NCBI GenBank assembly: GCA_965649295.1
Contig: CBFGKH010000001.1
Location: forward strand, 128,001-192,000
DNA length: 64,000 bases
Source of the DNA: a candidate division WOR-3 bacterium
GTDB taxonomy: Bacteria; Hydrothermota; Tepidihabitantia; Tepidihabitantales; Tepidihabitantaceae
Direction: 5' to 3'
The position numbers were made by a program, and so were the translations under genes. This document shows positions 50,664-61,402 of the stretch, one piece after another. How positions within the stretch are numbered: position 1 is the stretch's first letter; each line of letters opens with the position of its first letter. The notes under the pieces are model-generated. The model saw only the letters and a program-made list of their open reading frames with translations, ran no database searches and had not been told where the DNA came from.

Positions 50664-51314
50664 CTAGTACTTGCTGCGGCCCTCGTCGTAGGTCTGGGTC
50701 GGCTTGCTCGATTTCAGTTCCTCGGTTTCAACGTGCTCCCACGAATACGGAACCGTGACCCAGACCCGGCAGGGAGCGCCATAGACCTCAGCCGATGAGA
50801 ACTTGGCCCGCAGACCAGCATCAGCCGCTGCCGAATCTGCTGCCAGCGCACTGGACGATTGCCGAATTCGCACGGCGATAACCGAACCATCGTAGTCAAC
50901 CAACAGTTCAGCTAGCGCCTGCCCACTGAAACCGGTTCCCTTCAGCCGGTCGGGGTAAACTGCATTGGGCAGACTGATTGGCTCTGGCTTCTTAGTGGCT
51001 TGGGCATAGCGAGTGTTATGAGCAAAGTCGCCAAGCAACGGAACTGCCCAGTCCCCCCAGTAACGCAACAACCCAACGCAGTTGAACTGCACAAACACGG
51101 TGTCACCAGTCTTGACAGTAGCACCGGAATCAGGCTGCTGACCGACAATCATGAACTGCCGGGCCGCGGCAGTATCCTGTTCGACCTGAGCATAGCGGAT
51201 AACTAACCCTGCTTTGCGCAGCGGCTTGGTTCCAACGAAGAGACTCTGACCAACAATCGCCGGCATCGAAAGCTCAGCCTGGGCCAGCAGTATCAGTACG
51301 AGCAATGCATTCAT
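50664..51314 (-). CDS. PASTA domain + TonB C-terminal domain protein
   Basis: 'MPAIVGQS...LRKAGL...IVGQQPDSGATVKTGDTV' (PASTA-like) and 'YPDRLK..GFSG...LLVDYDGSV....QSS...ADSAA..A...KFSSA..G.P.RVWVTVPY' (TonB_C). Confidence 0.72.
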   Translation of the reverse strand: MNALLVLILLAQAELSMPAIVGQSLFVGTKPLRKAGLVIRYAQVEQDTAAARQFMIVGQQPDSGATVKTGDTVFVQFNCVGLLRYWGDWAVPLLGDFAHNTRYAQATKKPEPISLPNAVYPDRLKGTGFSGQALAELLVDYDGSVIAVRIRQSSSALAADSAAADAGLRAKFSSAEVYGAPCRVWVTVPYSWEHVETEELKSSKPTQTYDEGRSKY

Positions 51315-51382
51315 AAACTACACTACTCCTCGGCCTATATCATTCCCGCCCCAGTTATTCGTATCGGCCGGCAGCTAGTCTC

Positions 51383-54300
51383 CTAGCGGGCCATAACCAG
51401 CTTAGTCCAAGCCTCGGTTGCCTGCGTTCTTACGCGACAGAAATAGACACCTGGTGTCACCGGTCTCCCGGCATCGTCGCGACCGTCCCAGCGATAGGTC
51501 GCCTCGCCAGACGGCTGTTGGCCAGTCGCCACCGTTCGCACCAGTCGCCCGTTGTTGTCAAAAACAGCAACATCGGCCTTGGTCGGCACTGGCAGCAACA
51601 CCGACAGCTCGACGTTACTGAGGAAAGGATTCGGCATGGCTCTAACCCTGGAGACTCGGTCTAGTGAGACATTGGGACTTTCTTCAACCGCCTGAACAAT
51701 CGGTTCCGAATATCGGATGGCCCGACCAGCAGCAATCGGCGCTGCTGCCCGGTGATAAGTCCCATCAAAAAGGCACTGGATCGCGATCGTACGCGATGGA
51801 CTCTGTTCGCCAACCGTGCACGACGAAAAGTCCCGGACAATCTGATACTGAGCCACGGCAACGCAATTTGTCCCAGCTAGCAGGGTCGTATCATAGAGAA
51901 TCAACTGGAACTTCTGGTAGGTTGTCTGAGCCCGATAGAGTGGCACCGAATCGTACTCAACGATAAAACGGTGGTTGGGTGCGTCGTGGTAATACCAGAC
52001 TCCGCCACCGCTCGGCGGATAGAGGTCATCCCAACAGAGACAAAACATCGGCGGCAGCGACGAGTTCGGTAAGGCGGTGTTCGTGTAAGTTGACAGCGTT
52101 GTACTGCCAAGTCCAACCCAACCGTTGGAGCAGACCGAAATCTGAGTGTAGTTCTGACCATAGAAGCGAAATGGCCCGAACGCGGACGGCAGGTTGATCG
52201 TTACCGTCTGGTCGTCCGACAGCGTCAGGCGCGTGCCGACACCGGCAATCTCAACCCAGTTATAAGTTGGCCGTTCCGGGTAAGCTATGTCAACATCATC
52301 CCAAGCATAGTAGAGCGGAACGGTGCCACCCGAATCCGGCTGAGGATCATACTGCGTAATAGCACCAATCCCGATACTGAAATCGAAGCTGTCGGTGTAC
52401 CCGCCGTGAAAACGCAGCCGGAAACTCGCCTGGTGCTCACGGGGACAGGCAGGACTAACCTGCAACCGGAATCGGTCTGTCCAGTTCCAACGCACTGAGT
52501 CCGGCAGCAGGTCGCCATAGTTAGCAACCGAATCAACCAGCGTTACATAGACATCAGCCGTCGCAAGTGTTGCGCTCACACCAGTTACGCCGGTGCGACC
52601 GACATTCTTCACTGCCAGCACCAGGTCCGCTGTCTCGCCTGGGTCGAGCCGACCGTTACCATTCCCGCCCGGTACCGAGTCCAGAATCACTCGATCATGA
52701 TAGATCAATGCCGGCTGGTTTGACAGAATCGCCTCAATCGCATCGAGATCGAATCCAGCAGTCGCTCCTGATGTTGCCGAACTGTCATCAACGACCTTCA
52801 CATAGCGACAGGTACCGACCGGGCCTAGGTCAAAACCCTGCGTGCCAGTGCCCCAGCCGAGCACTGTCCACGGCCCCCTCCAATCATTCGCCACCTCAAT
52901 TCGATAGCCTTCAGGATCGGCATCGTCTTCATACACGGTGAAGTCATTCCCGGCGAGATTGAAAACCTGTGTCCCGAAGTCATAGATTGCCATCCCGCCC
53001 CGGCCCATCGAGAACCGACGACCATCGCGCCGCCCCAGCGCCCAGTCCGGAGTCGAAAAAATGGCCTCATCGCTCACTCCTCGACCAGCCATGAAGCGGT
53101 GGAGTGTTACCGGTTCGGTCGTATCCGGAACTAGTTGCACGTCGAGCCGGGTAACAGTGTCGCCAGTCACCACAACCCCGTTCACCGTCTTGGACCGATA
53201 ACCGTTTGCCTCAAAGACGACCGAATAGGTACCTGGCCGCAGGTAACGATGATAGTCACCCAGCGAATCGCAATAGCTTGGAAAGTTAATCGGCATTGGC
53301 CGTAACCGGGCTCGCACCGGCTGACCAGTTAGCGAATCAGTCACAATGCCCCGGATGCCACGGTCAACGTTGGCTAGCACCATCTTCATCGCCTCTCGCT
53401 CCCGGGTACAGATAGCCGGCAGTGACTCAGCCGGCGGTGTCTTGTAGACACAGACCTCGACAGTCCAGCTGATGGCACCGTGCGCGCCGTAGGCGTAATC
53501 CTTGGATGAGCCATTAATCTGATACATCGTCCGGTAGCCAGGTCCATAATCGTAGCCAGTGATGTTGTGATATTGCTCGGCGAGATACTGGATCTCCATC
53601 GAGTCACGCGTGCCGTAGGGAGCATAACTCCACGGCGTCGAAATCATCGTCGTTCCGGCATGGCCTGACGACCAGAAACAGAACTGATTGCGCAACGACA
53701 GCTCGGCCAGCAGCCGCGCCTCGGGTTGCGTGAACGGCACCGATTGGTTGGTCTCGAAGTACCACATGTATCCGTAATCACGGTTACAGTCCTCGCCGTT
53801 TGCGTTGTAGCGGCTATTATTGATGTGCCCGTAGGGATTGCCTGGGCACAGTATCCAGATTTCACGCGTATTCACCCAGTAAGTCACGCTGGGGTCAATG
53901 CCATAGTTCTGCACCAAATAGACGGCGAACTCGAACAGTGCCTCGGTTGCCGCCTTCTCGTCACCGTGAATCGCTCCTTCAAAGAACAACTCTGGTTCGT
54001 CTTCCTCAATCGTTGGGTTGTCGGTAATCTTGAGCGCAAAGAGAATCGAGTCATTGGACGCACGGCCCAGTGTCTCAAGTTTGACAAATGACGAGTTGTT
54101 CTCAGCGATTATCCGAAACGTATCCTTGATCTGCGTGTAGGTGTGATAGCGGTAGTCTTGAGCATTCTTGGCATAGAAACCACGGATATCAGGCATCAAC
54201 ATCTCAACCGTGATGCCATCACGTCTGAGCTCGGCGACGACGCGCTGCGGCGCCTCAACCAACAACCAGCCTGACCGATCCAGACCATTGACAACGCATC

Positions 54301-54433
54301 CCTGTTGCTCCAGCCGACGCAGCTCATTGGAGCTGCGAATACCCTCAATTCGAATCAAGTCATACTGTTCTGCAGCAGTTGCTGCCGAAACTGTGACCAG
54401 TAGCACCCAAATCAACTGCAGCACGATTCTCAC
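51383..54433 (-). CDS. M14 zinc carboxypeptidase with carboxypeptidase-regulatory and FlgD-Ig C-terminal domains
   Basis: GAIHGDE (HxxE), NPYG, DCNRDY, SGHAG, NGSSKDY, and C-terminal 'PNPF...FDNNGRLVRT...WDGRDDAG....GVYF'. GTG with SD 'gaggagg'. Confidence 0.9.
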   Translation of the reverse strand: MRIVLQLIWVLLVTVSAATAAEQYDLIRIEGIRSSNELRRLEQQGCVVNGLDRSGWLLVEAPQRVVAELRRDGITVEMLMPDIRGFYAKNAQDYRYHTYTQIKDTFRIIAENNSSFVKLETLGRASNDSILFALKITDNPTIEEDEPELFFEGAIHGDEKAATEALFEFAVYLVQNYGIDPSVTYWVNTREIWILCPGNPYGHINNSRYNANGEDCNRDYGYMWYFETNQSVPFTQPEARLLAELSLRNQFCFWSSGHAGTTMISTPWSYAPYGTRDSMEIQYLAEQYHNITGYDYGPGYRTMYQINGSSKDYAYGAHGAISWTVEVCVYKTPPAESLPAICTREREAMKMVLANVDRGIRGIVTDSLTGQPVRARLRPMPINFPSYCDSLGDYHRYLRPGTYSVVFEANGYRSKTVNGVVVTGDTVTRLDVQLVPDTTEPVTLHRFMAGRGVSDEAIFSTPDWALGRRDGRRFSMGRGGMAIYDFGTQVFNLAGNDFTVYEDDADPEGYRIEVANDWRGPWTVLGWGTGTQGFDLGPVGTCRYVKVVDDSSATSGATAGFDLDAIEAILSNQPALIYHDRVILDSVPGGNGNGRLDPGETADLVLAVKNVGRTGVTGVSATLATADVYVTLVDSVANYGDLLPDSVRWNWTDRFRLQVSPACPREHQASFRLRFHGGYTDSFDFSIGIGAITQYDPQPDSGGTVPLYYAWDDVDIAYPERPTYNWVEIAGVGTRLTLSDDQTVTINLPSAFGPFRFYGQNYTQISVCSNGWVGLGSTTLSTYTNTALPNSSLPPMFCLCWDDLYPPSGGGVWYYHDAPNHRFIVEYDSVPLYRAQTTYQKFQLILYDTTLLAGTNCVAVAQYQIVRDFSSCTVGEQSPSRTIAIQCLFDGTYHRAAAPIAAGRAIRYSEPIVQAVEESPNVSLDRVSRVRAMPNPFLSNVELSVLLPVPTKADVAVFDNNGRLVRTVATGQQPSGEATYRWDGRDDAGRPVTPGVYFCRVRTQATEAWTKLVMAR

Positions 54434-54501
54434 AACGCCTCCTCGATGAAAACAGTCGGTCAGCCGACCTCTGGTTTTCTCTGCATCAGCTTCACATGAC
54501 G

Positions 54502-54585
54502 ATTATAGGCCTGGCCCATTGACGGTCAATCTACGGACTGCACCACTCGCGGCTGCGTTGACTTCGCCAGCCAGCAGGCTATCAT
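54502..54585. promoter_or_regulatory. Divergent pair of sigma70-like promoters
   Basis: Minus strand: TTGACC-16-TATAAT (54529-54502). Plus strand: TTGACT-16-TATCAT (54558-54585). Confidence 0.72.
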
Positions 54586-54596
54586 TGCCAAGATAG

Positions 54597-54995
54597 ATGG
54601 TGACATTCGAAGTGACGACCCACCGGCGGATCGAGTTCGTTGACATCACCAATCAGGTTAGCGTAATCATCAGTAACAGCCGAATCAGCTCTGGCGTCTG
54701 TGTTGTCTGGATACCCCACACAACTGCTGCCGTCATGGTAAACGAGGGCCACGACCCGGCTGTCCTCGCTGACATCGAGCGAGCCCTATCGCGGATGGTG
54801 CCCACCCGGTCCGACTATGCTCATCGCGAGGGCAACGCTGACGCCCACATCAAAGCCGCCATCGTTGGCACCTGTCAGTCGCTACCAATCGATGGCAACC
54901 AGCTTGCCCTTGGCCGCTGGCAGCGTCTTTTCTTCTGCGAATTCGATGGCCCCCGCCGGCGTCAAATAGTTGTTAGACTGATCAAAGATAGCTAG
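54597..54995 (+). CDS. YjbQ / UPF0047 family protein
   Basis: DIT, PHTTAA..VNE..DP, HREGNADAHIKA and LGRWQ..FFCEFDGPR.R. Confidence 0.92.
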   Translation: MVTFEVTTHRRIEFVDITNQVSVIISNSRISSGVCVVWIPHTTAAVMVNEGHDPAVLADIERALSRMVPTRSDYAHREGNADAHIKAAIVGTCQSLPIDGNQLALGRWQRLFFCEFDGPRRRQIVVRLIKDS

Positions 54996-55011
54996 ATCGT
55001 AAGGAGCAATC

Positions 55012-56085
55012 GTGCATAAGAAACTATTTGTCCCTGGCCCAACCGAAGTCCGTCGTGAAATCTTGGATGCCCAAGCTCAGTGGATGATCGGCCACCGCTC
55101 CAAGGAGTTCGGCGAGCTAAACAAACGGGTGATCGAGAAGACACAGCAGGTACTTGGCACCAAGAATTACGTGATGTGGTTCACCTCGTCCGGCACCGGT
55201 ACGATGGAAGGCGCTCTGCGCAATGTCGTTACCGGCAAGGTTCTCCACACTGTCAACGGCGCGTTCTCTGACCGTTGGTTCAAGATTGCTAAAGCCTGCG
55301 GTAAGGATGCCCATGCGGTCAGCGTTGAGTGGGGTAAGGCAATCAAACCCGCGCTCGTTGACGCTGAACTGAGTAAGGGCGGCTATCAGGCCGTAACCAT
55401 CACCCAGAACGAAACCTCCACCGGCGTTCGCAACCCAATTGAGGAACTTGCCCAACTAATCCGCACGAAGTACCCCGACGTGCTGATACTCGTTGATGCC
55501 GTATCAAGCCTGATGGGCGACTGGTTCGACATTGACGCACTTGGCCTCGACGTCGTTGTTGCCTCATCCCAGAAGGCCGTCGCCTTGCCACCTGGTCTGG
55601 CCGTGGCAATTGTCTCGCAGCGTGCCCTTGATAAATGCCGTACTGTCCCTGACCGGGGCTACTACTTCGACTATGACGCCATGCTCAAACGCTACGAGAA
55701 GGACTTCCAGACGCCGACAACCCCGGCCATCTCGCTCTTCTGGGCGCTAGACAAACAACTCGACAGCATCGTCGCGGAAACAATGCCCAAGCGCTATGCC
55801 CGGCACGTCGAGATGGCACAGTTCACCCGGGAGTGGGCCAACCGCTTCTTTCAGGTCTTTCCCGAGCCAGGTTATGAATCGGTCACACTCACGACTGTTA
55901 CCAACACTCGGGGTATCAGCGTCAAAGACCTCAACACTGAGCTTGGTAAGCGCGGCTTGCAGATTTCCAACGGCTACGGCGACCTGAAGGAGAAAACGTT
56001 CCGCATCGCCCACATGGGTGACCTAACCCTGGCCGATATGAAAGAGGTCACCAGCGCGATTGCGGATATCCTTAAACTGGAGTAG
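55012..56085 (+). CDS. Class V aminotransferase (alanine-glyoxylate / serine-pyruvate family)
   Basis: LFVPGPT, GHRS, SGTGTME, NETSTG, VDAVSS, SSQKA.ALPPG, TPTTP and FRIAHMG. Confidence 0.92.
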   Translation: MHKKLFVPGPTEVRREILDAQAQWMIGHRSKEFGELNKRVIEKTQQVLGTKNYVMWFTSSGTGTMEGALRNVVTGKVLHTVNGAFSDRWFKIAKACGKDAHAVSVEWGKAIKPALVDAELSKGGYQAVTITQNETSTGVRNPIEELAQLIRTKYPDVLILVDAVSSLMGDWFDIDALGLDVVVASSQKAVALPPGLAVAIVSQRALDKCRTVPDRGYYFDYDAMLKRYEKDFQTPTTPAISLFWALDKQLDSIVAETMPKRYARHVEMAQFTREWANRFFQVFPEPGYESVTLTTVTNTRGISVKDLNTELGKRGLQISNGYGDLKEKTFRIAHMGDLTLADMKEVTSAIADILKLE

Positions 56086-56142
56086 CAGGCGCTCGCAACC
56101 AGTGGCGATCGGCAGACGGGCCTGGGCCAACAGCAGTCTGCA

Positions 56143-58428
56143 CTGCGGCTGGCGCTGGCCCTCTGCCTGCTAACCAGTGCTGCCGTCAGCAGCAACGGCT
56201 CACTACTGCACCCTCTCCAACCGCCACGACGGTTTGCTGCCGAACCTTATGATGATACTGTTGTCATCAAGTTTGCCAACGGTCTCACGCTCGACCGACG
56301 CTCGACATACCTAAACCCTGGGCAGCCTCGCCCTGGCCAGTACTGGCTCGCAGTAACGTCACAACCGCTCCATAACGAGATACTTGCCGAAATTGGGCAG
56401 TTTGGACTTGAGCCGGTTGCCGCGCTTGCCCGGCAGACCGTGGTCCTACGTTGCTGCGGCCCTGGGATGTTGTCAACCACCAGTGCCCCTCGCCTGCCTC
56501 TTAGTCTAGTCTGTCCCTTTCCGCCAGCAGCCAAGCTCGCGCCTGAACTCTGCTCGACAGAACAGTCTGCGACGACTAACCTGGTAGCGGCTGTCTGGCC
56601 CGACGAATCATCCTGGCTCCTCGCTAAAGCAATCGAATCACTTGGCGGTACCGTCAGTGATGTAACGAGCCGGGCCATCTTCTTTGTCGGCAGCCTGGCG
56701 CTTGCTGCCAAGGTCTGTTCGCTTGATGCGGTCTGCTGGGTCCAATCGGCTGCACCAGCTGAACCGTTCAACGAGGACGTCGAATGGGTCACTCAGATCG
56801 GCTGGCTGCAGGAAAGACCGGACTACTGGCCTGGCCGGCCAATCTGGAGCCGCGGTCTGGACGGCCGTGGGATGATTGTCGGACTATTCGACTCCGGTAT
56901 CAATACCGACCACGATGTTTTCCGTGAACCGCTCGGGCCGATTACCGGCCCGGGCATCTTTCCCTGGCATCGCAAGATCGCTGCTTACAAACTCTACGCC
57001 CGAGCTGACTTCGGCGACGCTTTCGGCTGTAACTATCACGGTACCGCTGTCGCCGGGACGTTAGCTGGTGATGATTCGGCTACTGGCGATGCCAAACGGC
57101 TTGACGGCGTTGCCCGCGCTGCCCGTATCTACTTTGTTGACCTCGCCCGTTCCAACGGAGCCTACGAGTTTCATTCCGACATGACTGCTCTGCTCGATTC
57201 GGTCCGACTGGGCAATGGTATGCCCGGACCTATTCGCCAGGTATCCGGGTCGTTTGGCACAACTAGGGCTTTGGGACAATACCTGCTCGAGGAAGCGACG
57301 CTTGATGCGGTCTGCTGGGCCGACAAGCGCTTTCTCGTTATCTGGGCTGCCGGCAATCTCGGTGCTGGCCCAGCCAATCTCGGTCACCCGTCCTGTGCTA
57401 AGAATGCCTTGGTAGTCGGTGCGACTGGCAACGGCACCAACAGCAATCTAATGGCTACCTTCTCGTCGCGTGGCCCGACTACTGACGGTCGCCAGAAACC
57501 CGAGATTGTCGCTCCTGGCGACCGAATCTTCACTCCCTACGGTGCCAGTCGTTCCGAGTATCGTGCGCGCAGCGGTACTAGCTTCTCCTCACCAGCAGCA
57601 AGCGGTGCCCTGATGCTCGTTAGGCAGTATCTGGCCGAGGGCCGCAACCCGACTGGAATACCCGACTCGGCTGCCCGCTACCCTGACCCAAGCTCAGCCC
57701 TGCTGCGAGCCCTGGCCTGCATCGGAACTGATATCAACGTGGACACCTGTCAGATTCCGAGCATTGCCAGTGGCTGGGGAAGACTGAACCTGAGCCGACT
57801 CCTGCGGTTTGATGCTGATTCGATTGGTTTTGCTTTTGTTGACGACTCGCTCGGACTGGCCGGTGGCTGGGAGGTCGAATATGAATTCACGCTCACAAAT
57901 CGCGCGCCGCTGCGCGTCGCGCTCGCCTGGACTGACACTGCGGCCCTGCCGGCTGCTGCCGTGGCGCTGGTCAATGACCTTGACCTGGAACTCATCAGTC
58001 CCGACGGCAACCGCTATCGAGGAAATTGCTTCTCATTCGGTCAGTCCCAGGCCAATCCGGCCGGCCGCGACGAGCGCAACAACCTCGAAGTCTGCTATAT
58101 TCACCCACCGCTGACTGGCCGCTGGACAGTTCGGGTTCAGGCCCGTTCGGTCTTTACTGAGCGCCAGCCATTTGCTCTCGTCGTCCAAGGTGGACTTGGC
58201 GGTCTGCCGGCACTGGCGAGCCAAGGCTCACCTACTCCGGCCCAAGATTTCACTCAAACCCTCACAAACAGAATCGTTCCGTCAGCAGCCGGCAGTCTCT
58301 TTGATGTGACTGGCCGCCGACTGGCTGTCCTGCCGCCACACGACAACACGGCCGGACGACTGCCGACCGGCGTCTACTACTTGACCATCAACGGTCGGCC
58401 GGTCCGCAAGGTAGTAATCACCCGCTAG
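56143..58428 (+). CDS. Secreted S8 subtilisin-like peptidase with C-terminal sorting-like domain
   Basis: Catalytic triad FDSG / YHGTAVAG / SGTSFSSP, AAGN, SSRGPT.DGR.KPE, and tail 'FDVTGRR...LPTGVYYL'. The frame stays open upstream of the ORF-track start (56440) to a signal peptide beginning at CTG 56143. Confidence 0.85.
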   Translation: MRLALALCLLTSAAVSSNGSLLHPLQPPRRFAAEPYDDTVVIKFANGLTLDRRSTYLNPGQPRPGQYWLAVTSQPLHNEILAEIGQFGLEPVAALARQTVVLRCCGPGMLSTTSAPRLPLSLVCPFPPAAKLAPELCSTEQSATTNLVAAVWPDESSWLLAKAIESLGGTVSDVTSRAIFFVGSLALAAKVCSLDAVCWVQSAAPAEPFNEDVEWVTQIGWLQERPDYWPGRPIWSRGLDGRGMIVGLFDSGINTDHDVFREPLGPITGPGIFPWHRKIAAYKLYARADFGDAFGCNYHGTAVAGTLAGDDSATGDAKRLDGVARAARIYFVDLARSNGAYEFHSDMTALLDSVRLGNGMPGPIRQVSGSFGTTRALGQYLLEEATLDAVCWADKRFLVIWAAGNLGAGPANLGHPSCAKNALVVGATGNGTNSNLMATFSSRGPTTDGRQKPEIVAPGDRIFTPYGASRSEYRARSGTSFSSPAASGALMLVRQYLAEGRNPTGIPDSAARYPDPSSALLRALACIGTDINVDTCQIPSIASGWGRLNLSRLLRFDADSIGFAFVDDSLGLAGGWEVEYEFTLTNRAPLRVALAWTDTAALPAAAVALVNDLDLELISPDGNRYRGNCFSFGQSQANPAGRDERNNLEVCYIHPPLTGRWTVRVQARSVFTERQPFALVVQGGLGGLPALASQGSPTPAQDFTQTLTNRIVPSAAGSLFDVTGRRLAVLPPHDNTAGRLPTGVYYLTINGRPVRKVVITR

Positions 58429-59337
58429 TCACAACAGACTGCCCACCCACCGGTCGTTGACCAGCACATCCTGATTCCACGTCAGCCCCACCACTCTGAC
58501 CCCAGGAATACTGTTGAGAAAAGTCACTTTCTCCATAAGTTGACCCATGCCCCAGACATCGGCCTCAAGCTGCACATGCTGACCACGAAATGGCCGGCCG
58601 CCAAGGACAACATCAAATCCTTCTTCACTAACGAACTGACCGATACTGCTCGGCGGATGGGCAGTAGCTATCAAGAAATGGTAGTGCCCAAAGTTATCAA
58701 CCTGCGCCCAGCTCACCTCGGGCAACACGCGCAGCACACCACTGGGATTGGTTTCACTCCAGAGTAGCCGGTCAATCTTGGCCTGCACCCAGGCCGAGGA
58801 CTGGCCCAGCCCACGCGCAATCCCGGCGATGTCCTCGAGCGGATTGGCAACCACGTATTGTACCAGCCTCCGTTCCTCACCTGAGAGCGGGAGTGCCACT
58901 GGGAAAGAATACTCGGCAACCCGATAGACCTCGTGATAGTCAAGGTCAACGGTGCTGCGAATGAACTGCGTCTCACTTTCGAAATCCCGAGAGTAGAAAG
59001 AGACTGCCAGATTAGGACCGACGTTATCCGGCAGGCTGATATTGAGCACAAGCTCGGTAACAAATGGCAGCCGGCTGGCCAGCGCATTGGCCACCCCCAT
59101 AGCCCGCCGGGACTGCCCAACCAGCACTGCCCACACCCAGCGGTCTCCACCAACTAGCGGTGGCACGACGAGCGTTGCCTTGAACGTGCGGATTACCCGC
59201 GCGCTCAATAGCCTCCGCAATCTGGCTGCATACTCAGCTCCAGTTAGCCCAATACCAGCCAACTCGACAGCGCTTGCGAAAAATCCACGGCGTTCTGCTA
59301 GACGCAGTGCCGCAATATCCAGCTTATCTACTACCAT
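58429..59337 (-). CDS. Lrp/AsnC-like tandem wHTH protein
   Basis: 'VDKLDIAAL...RLRRLLSARVIRTF' and a second HTH 'ERRLVQYVVANP...IARGLGQS..WVQAKIDRL'. Confidence 0.55.
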   Translation of the reverse strand: MVVDKLDIAALRLAERRGFFASAVELAGIGLTGAEYAARLRRLLSARVIRTFKATLVVPPLVGGDRWVWAVLVGQSRRAMGVANALASRLPFVTELVLNISLPDNVGPNLAVSFYSRDFESETQFIRSTVDLDYHEVYRVAEYSFPVALPLSGEERRLVQYVVANPLEDIAGIARGLGQSSAWVQAKIDRLLWSETNPSGVLRVLPEVSWAQVDNFGHYHFLIATAHPPSSIGQFVSEEGFDVVLGGRPFRGQHVQLEADVWGMGQLMEKVTFLNSIPGVRVVGLTWNQDVLVNDRWVGSLL

Positions 59338-59371
59338 CCTGCCTCGCCTTCTGGATAGTGGCCATCGGTCA

Positions 59372-60664
59372 CTAGTAGGCTCCCCGCCGTTTCAACACAG
59401 CCGCCGGTGTCTTGGCGATTATCTTGATATCGTCCCACAGCGTCCACTCCTGGACATAACGGGTATCAAGGCGGACTCGATTCTCATAGCTCGTATCGGA
59501 ACGGCCCGAAACCTGCCAAAGCCCAGTTGCCCCCGGCCGAACCCGAAACATCAATAGCGAGTAGTCCTTATAGTACTTCACCTCGTCAGCGACGATCGGC
59601 CTTGGCCCGACAAAGCTCATGTCACCGGCTAGGATATTGAAGAACTGGGGCAGCTCATCAATACTATACTTGCGCAGAAAACGGCCCACCCTTGTCACCC
59701 GCGGATCATTCTTCAGCTTGAAAGTAGCTTCAAACTCCGCCCGCAGTTTCGGGTCAGAATCAAGCAACGCCTGCAGTCGCCGATCGGCGTCACGATGCAT
59801 TGTCCGGAACTTGAGCACATTGAACTCACGCATGTTGCGACCCAGCCGACGATGGCGATAGAATACCGGACCATCACTGTCGAGCTTGATCGCGATACTG
59901 ACCGCAATCAGTAATGGCGATAGTAGCAGCAGCGCGATAGCCGACAGTACCAGGTCGAGTATCCGCTTCACCCGCCGCAGCGTCCCGGTTACGTTGTACG
60001 ACGCAACTGGCCGCGGATGGGGACCGAGCAGATAGCTTGTCATCCGGAACGACGGAACCCCAAAGAAATCAACAAAGTAGTTCGCCGAGAGACCGACAAC
60101 GACCTGCTCGGTACGCTGGTCGCCGATATCAACAACCACCGAGTCGTAACGGCCAATGCGACCGTAGGCATCGGCGTTGGCCGCCAGCCAGTTCGGCAGG
60201 TCCTCAATCGTGATAACCTCCTCGCATTCGAATCCCCACCAGCGCAAGAGCGGCACCTTGTTGAGATGGATATCAGTGACCAACAACGCCGGCACCCGGG
60301 TAAGATAGCGAATGACAAGCCCAAGCAGGGGCGCGACCGCTGTCAGATACAGCCAGAGCACCAGCCAAAACTTCGCCGTCAGATTTTCACACCACGGCCA
60401 GACTGCGTGCACGAGACCATAGCCGGCATAGGCCATTCCGAAAGCCGCCTGTGTCCGTAGCGTCAGCCCGTAGTTCGCGCGGACCGTTGACTCGAACTCT
60501 CCAACCAGGTAGCTGGTCAACGCCAAGATCAAGAATGCGACGACAACCGATGTCAAACCAACAGACTCCGGAGCAAAGAAATTGCGGGCCAGCGCGACAA
60601 CCAGCAGCAGGAGCAGTAGCTCCAGCACAACCTGGGCCACACCACTGCTGCGTCGTGGAATCAT
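59372..60664 (-). CDS. Polyprenyl-phosphate glycosylphosphotransferase (WbaP/WcaJ family)
   Basis: [49 protein letters not shown] and [12 protein letters not shown]. Confidence 0.93.
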   Translation of the reverse strand: MIPRRSSGVAQVVLELLLLLLVVALARNFFAPESVGLTSVVVAFLILALTSYLVGEFESTVRANYGLTLRTQAAFGMAYAGYGLVHAVWPWCENLTAKFWLVLWLYLTAVAPLLGLVIRYLTRVPALLVTDIHLNKVPLLRWWGFECEEVITIEDLPNWLAANADAYGRIGRYDSVVVDIGDQRTEQVVVGLSANYFVDFFGVPSFRMTSYLLGPHPRPVASYNVTGTLRRVKRILDLVLSAIALLLLSPLLIAVSIAIKLDSDGPVFYRHRRLGRNMREFNVLKFRTMHRDADRRLQALLDSDPKLRAEFEATFKLKNDPRVTRVGRFLRKYSIDELPQFFNILAGDMSFVGPRPIVADEVKYYKDYSLLMFRVRPGATGLWQVSGRSDTSYENRVRLDTRYVQEWTLWDDIKIIAKTPAAVLKRRGAY

Positions 60665-61395
60665 TACTGCGGCCGGGCCACCAGCACCAACTGGTAACTC
60701 ACCGCCAGCGGCACCAACCGGCCCAGAAAACGAAAGACAGACTGCAGTGCACGGCCAGGAACGTAAAAATTGTTATCCTTGTGCACCGACAACACCGCTA
60801 AACCGCCGGCCCAAAGCAGCTCACGCCACTCCTGCTCAGACGCATGTCGCTCAACTGGCTGTGAGAGTCGCGGAAACAGCAACTGGCGCAGCCGGATTAC
60901 CGGCATCATCAGATAGCGGCTGTTCGGTACCACAATCAGCACCCTGGCTGTTGGCCGCGCTACCCGTCGCATCTCGCGCACAACCTGCAGTGGGTCAATG
61001 ACATGCTCCAGACTACCAATGCAGCAGACGGCATCAAAGCTGCTGTCGGCAAACGGCAGCGACTCAGCCACACCAGCGTGCAGCTCCGCAGTAGGAACAG
61101 TCCTCCTGACCAAGTCCACTGCGACCGCTGAAATGTCAATCCCGGCAACGCTAAAGCCGTGGCTGGCTGCTACTGCCAGAAGCTGCCCGGTTCCGCAGCC
61201 CACATCAAGCAGCCGCCCACGCTCTGGCCCCAGCAGCGACACCAGCCACTCGTAGTAGCCAGCAACCGCGTTCATCGCTCCGCGGCTATGAATCTGGTCA
61301 TAGGCTATCTGCAACTCACTGGCGCCTAGGCTTGACCGCTGCCGCAGATCGCCGCCAAACTCAGGTGACGGCGGCAAACTCTCACCTCTGGCCAT
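60664..61395 (-). CDS. Class I SAM-dependent methyltransferase
   Basis: LLDVGCGTG, GIDIS, AESLPFADSSFD and LEHV.DP. Probable ATG at 61395. Confidence 0.9.
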   Translation of the reverse strand: MARGESLPPSPEFGGDLRQRSSLGASELQIAYDQIHSRGAMNAVAGYYEWLVSLLGPERGRLLDVGCGTGQLLAVAASHGFSVAGIDISAVAVDLVRRTVPTAELHAGVAESLPFADSSFDAVCCIGSLEHVIDPLQVVREMRRVARPTARVLIVVPNSRYLMMPVIRLRQLLFPRLSQPVERHASEQEWRELLWAGGLAVLSVHKDNNFYVPGRALQSVFRFLGRLVPLAVSYQLVLVARPQ

Positions 61396-61402
61396 CGTTC
61401 TC

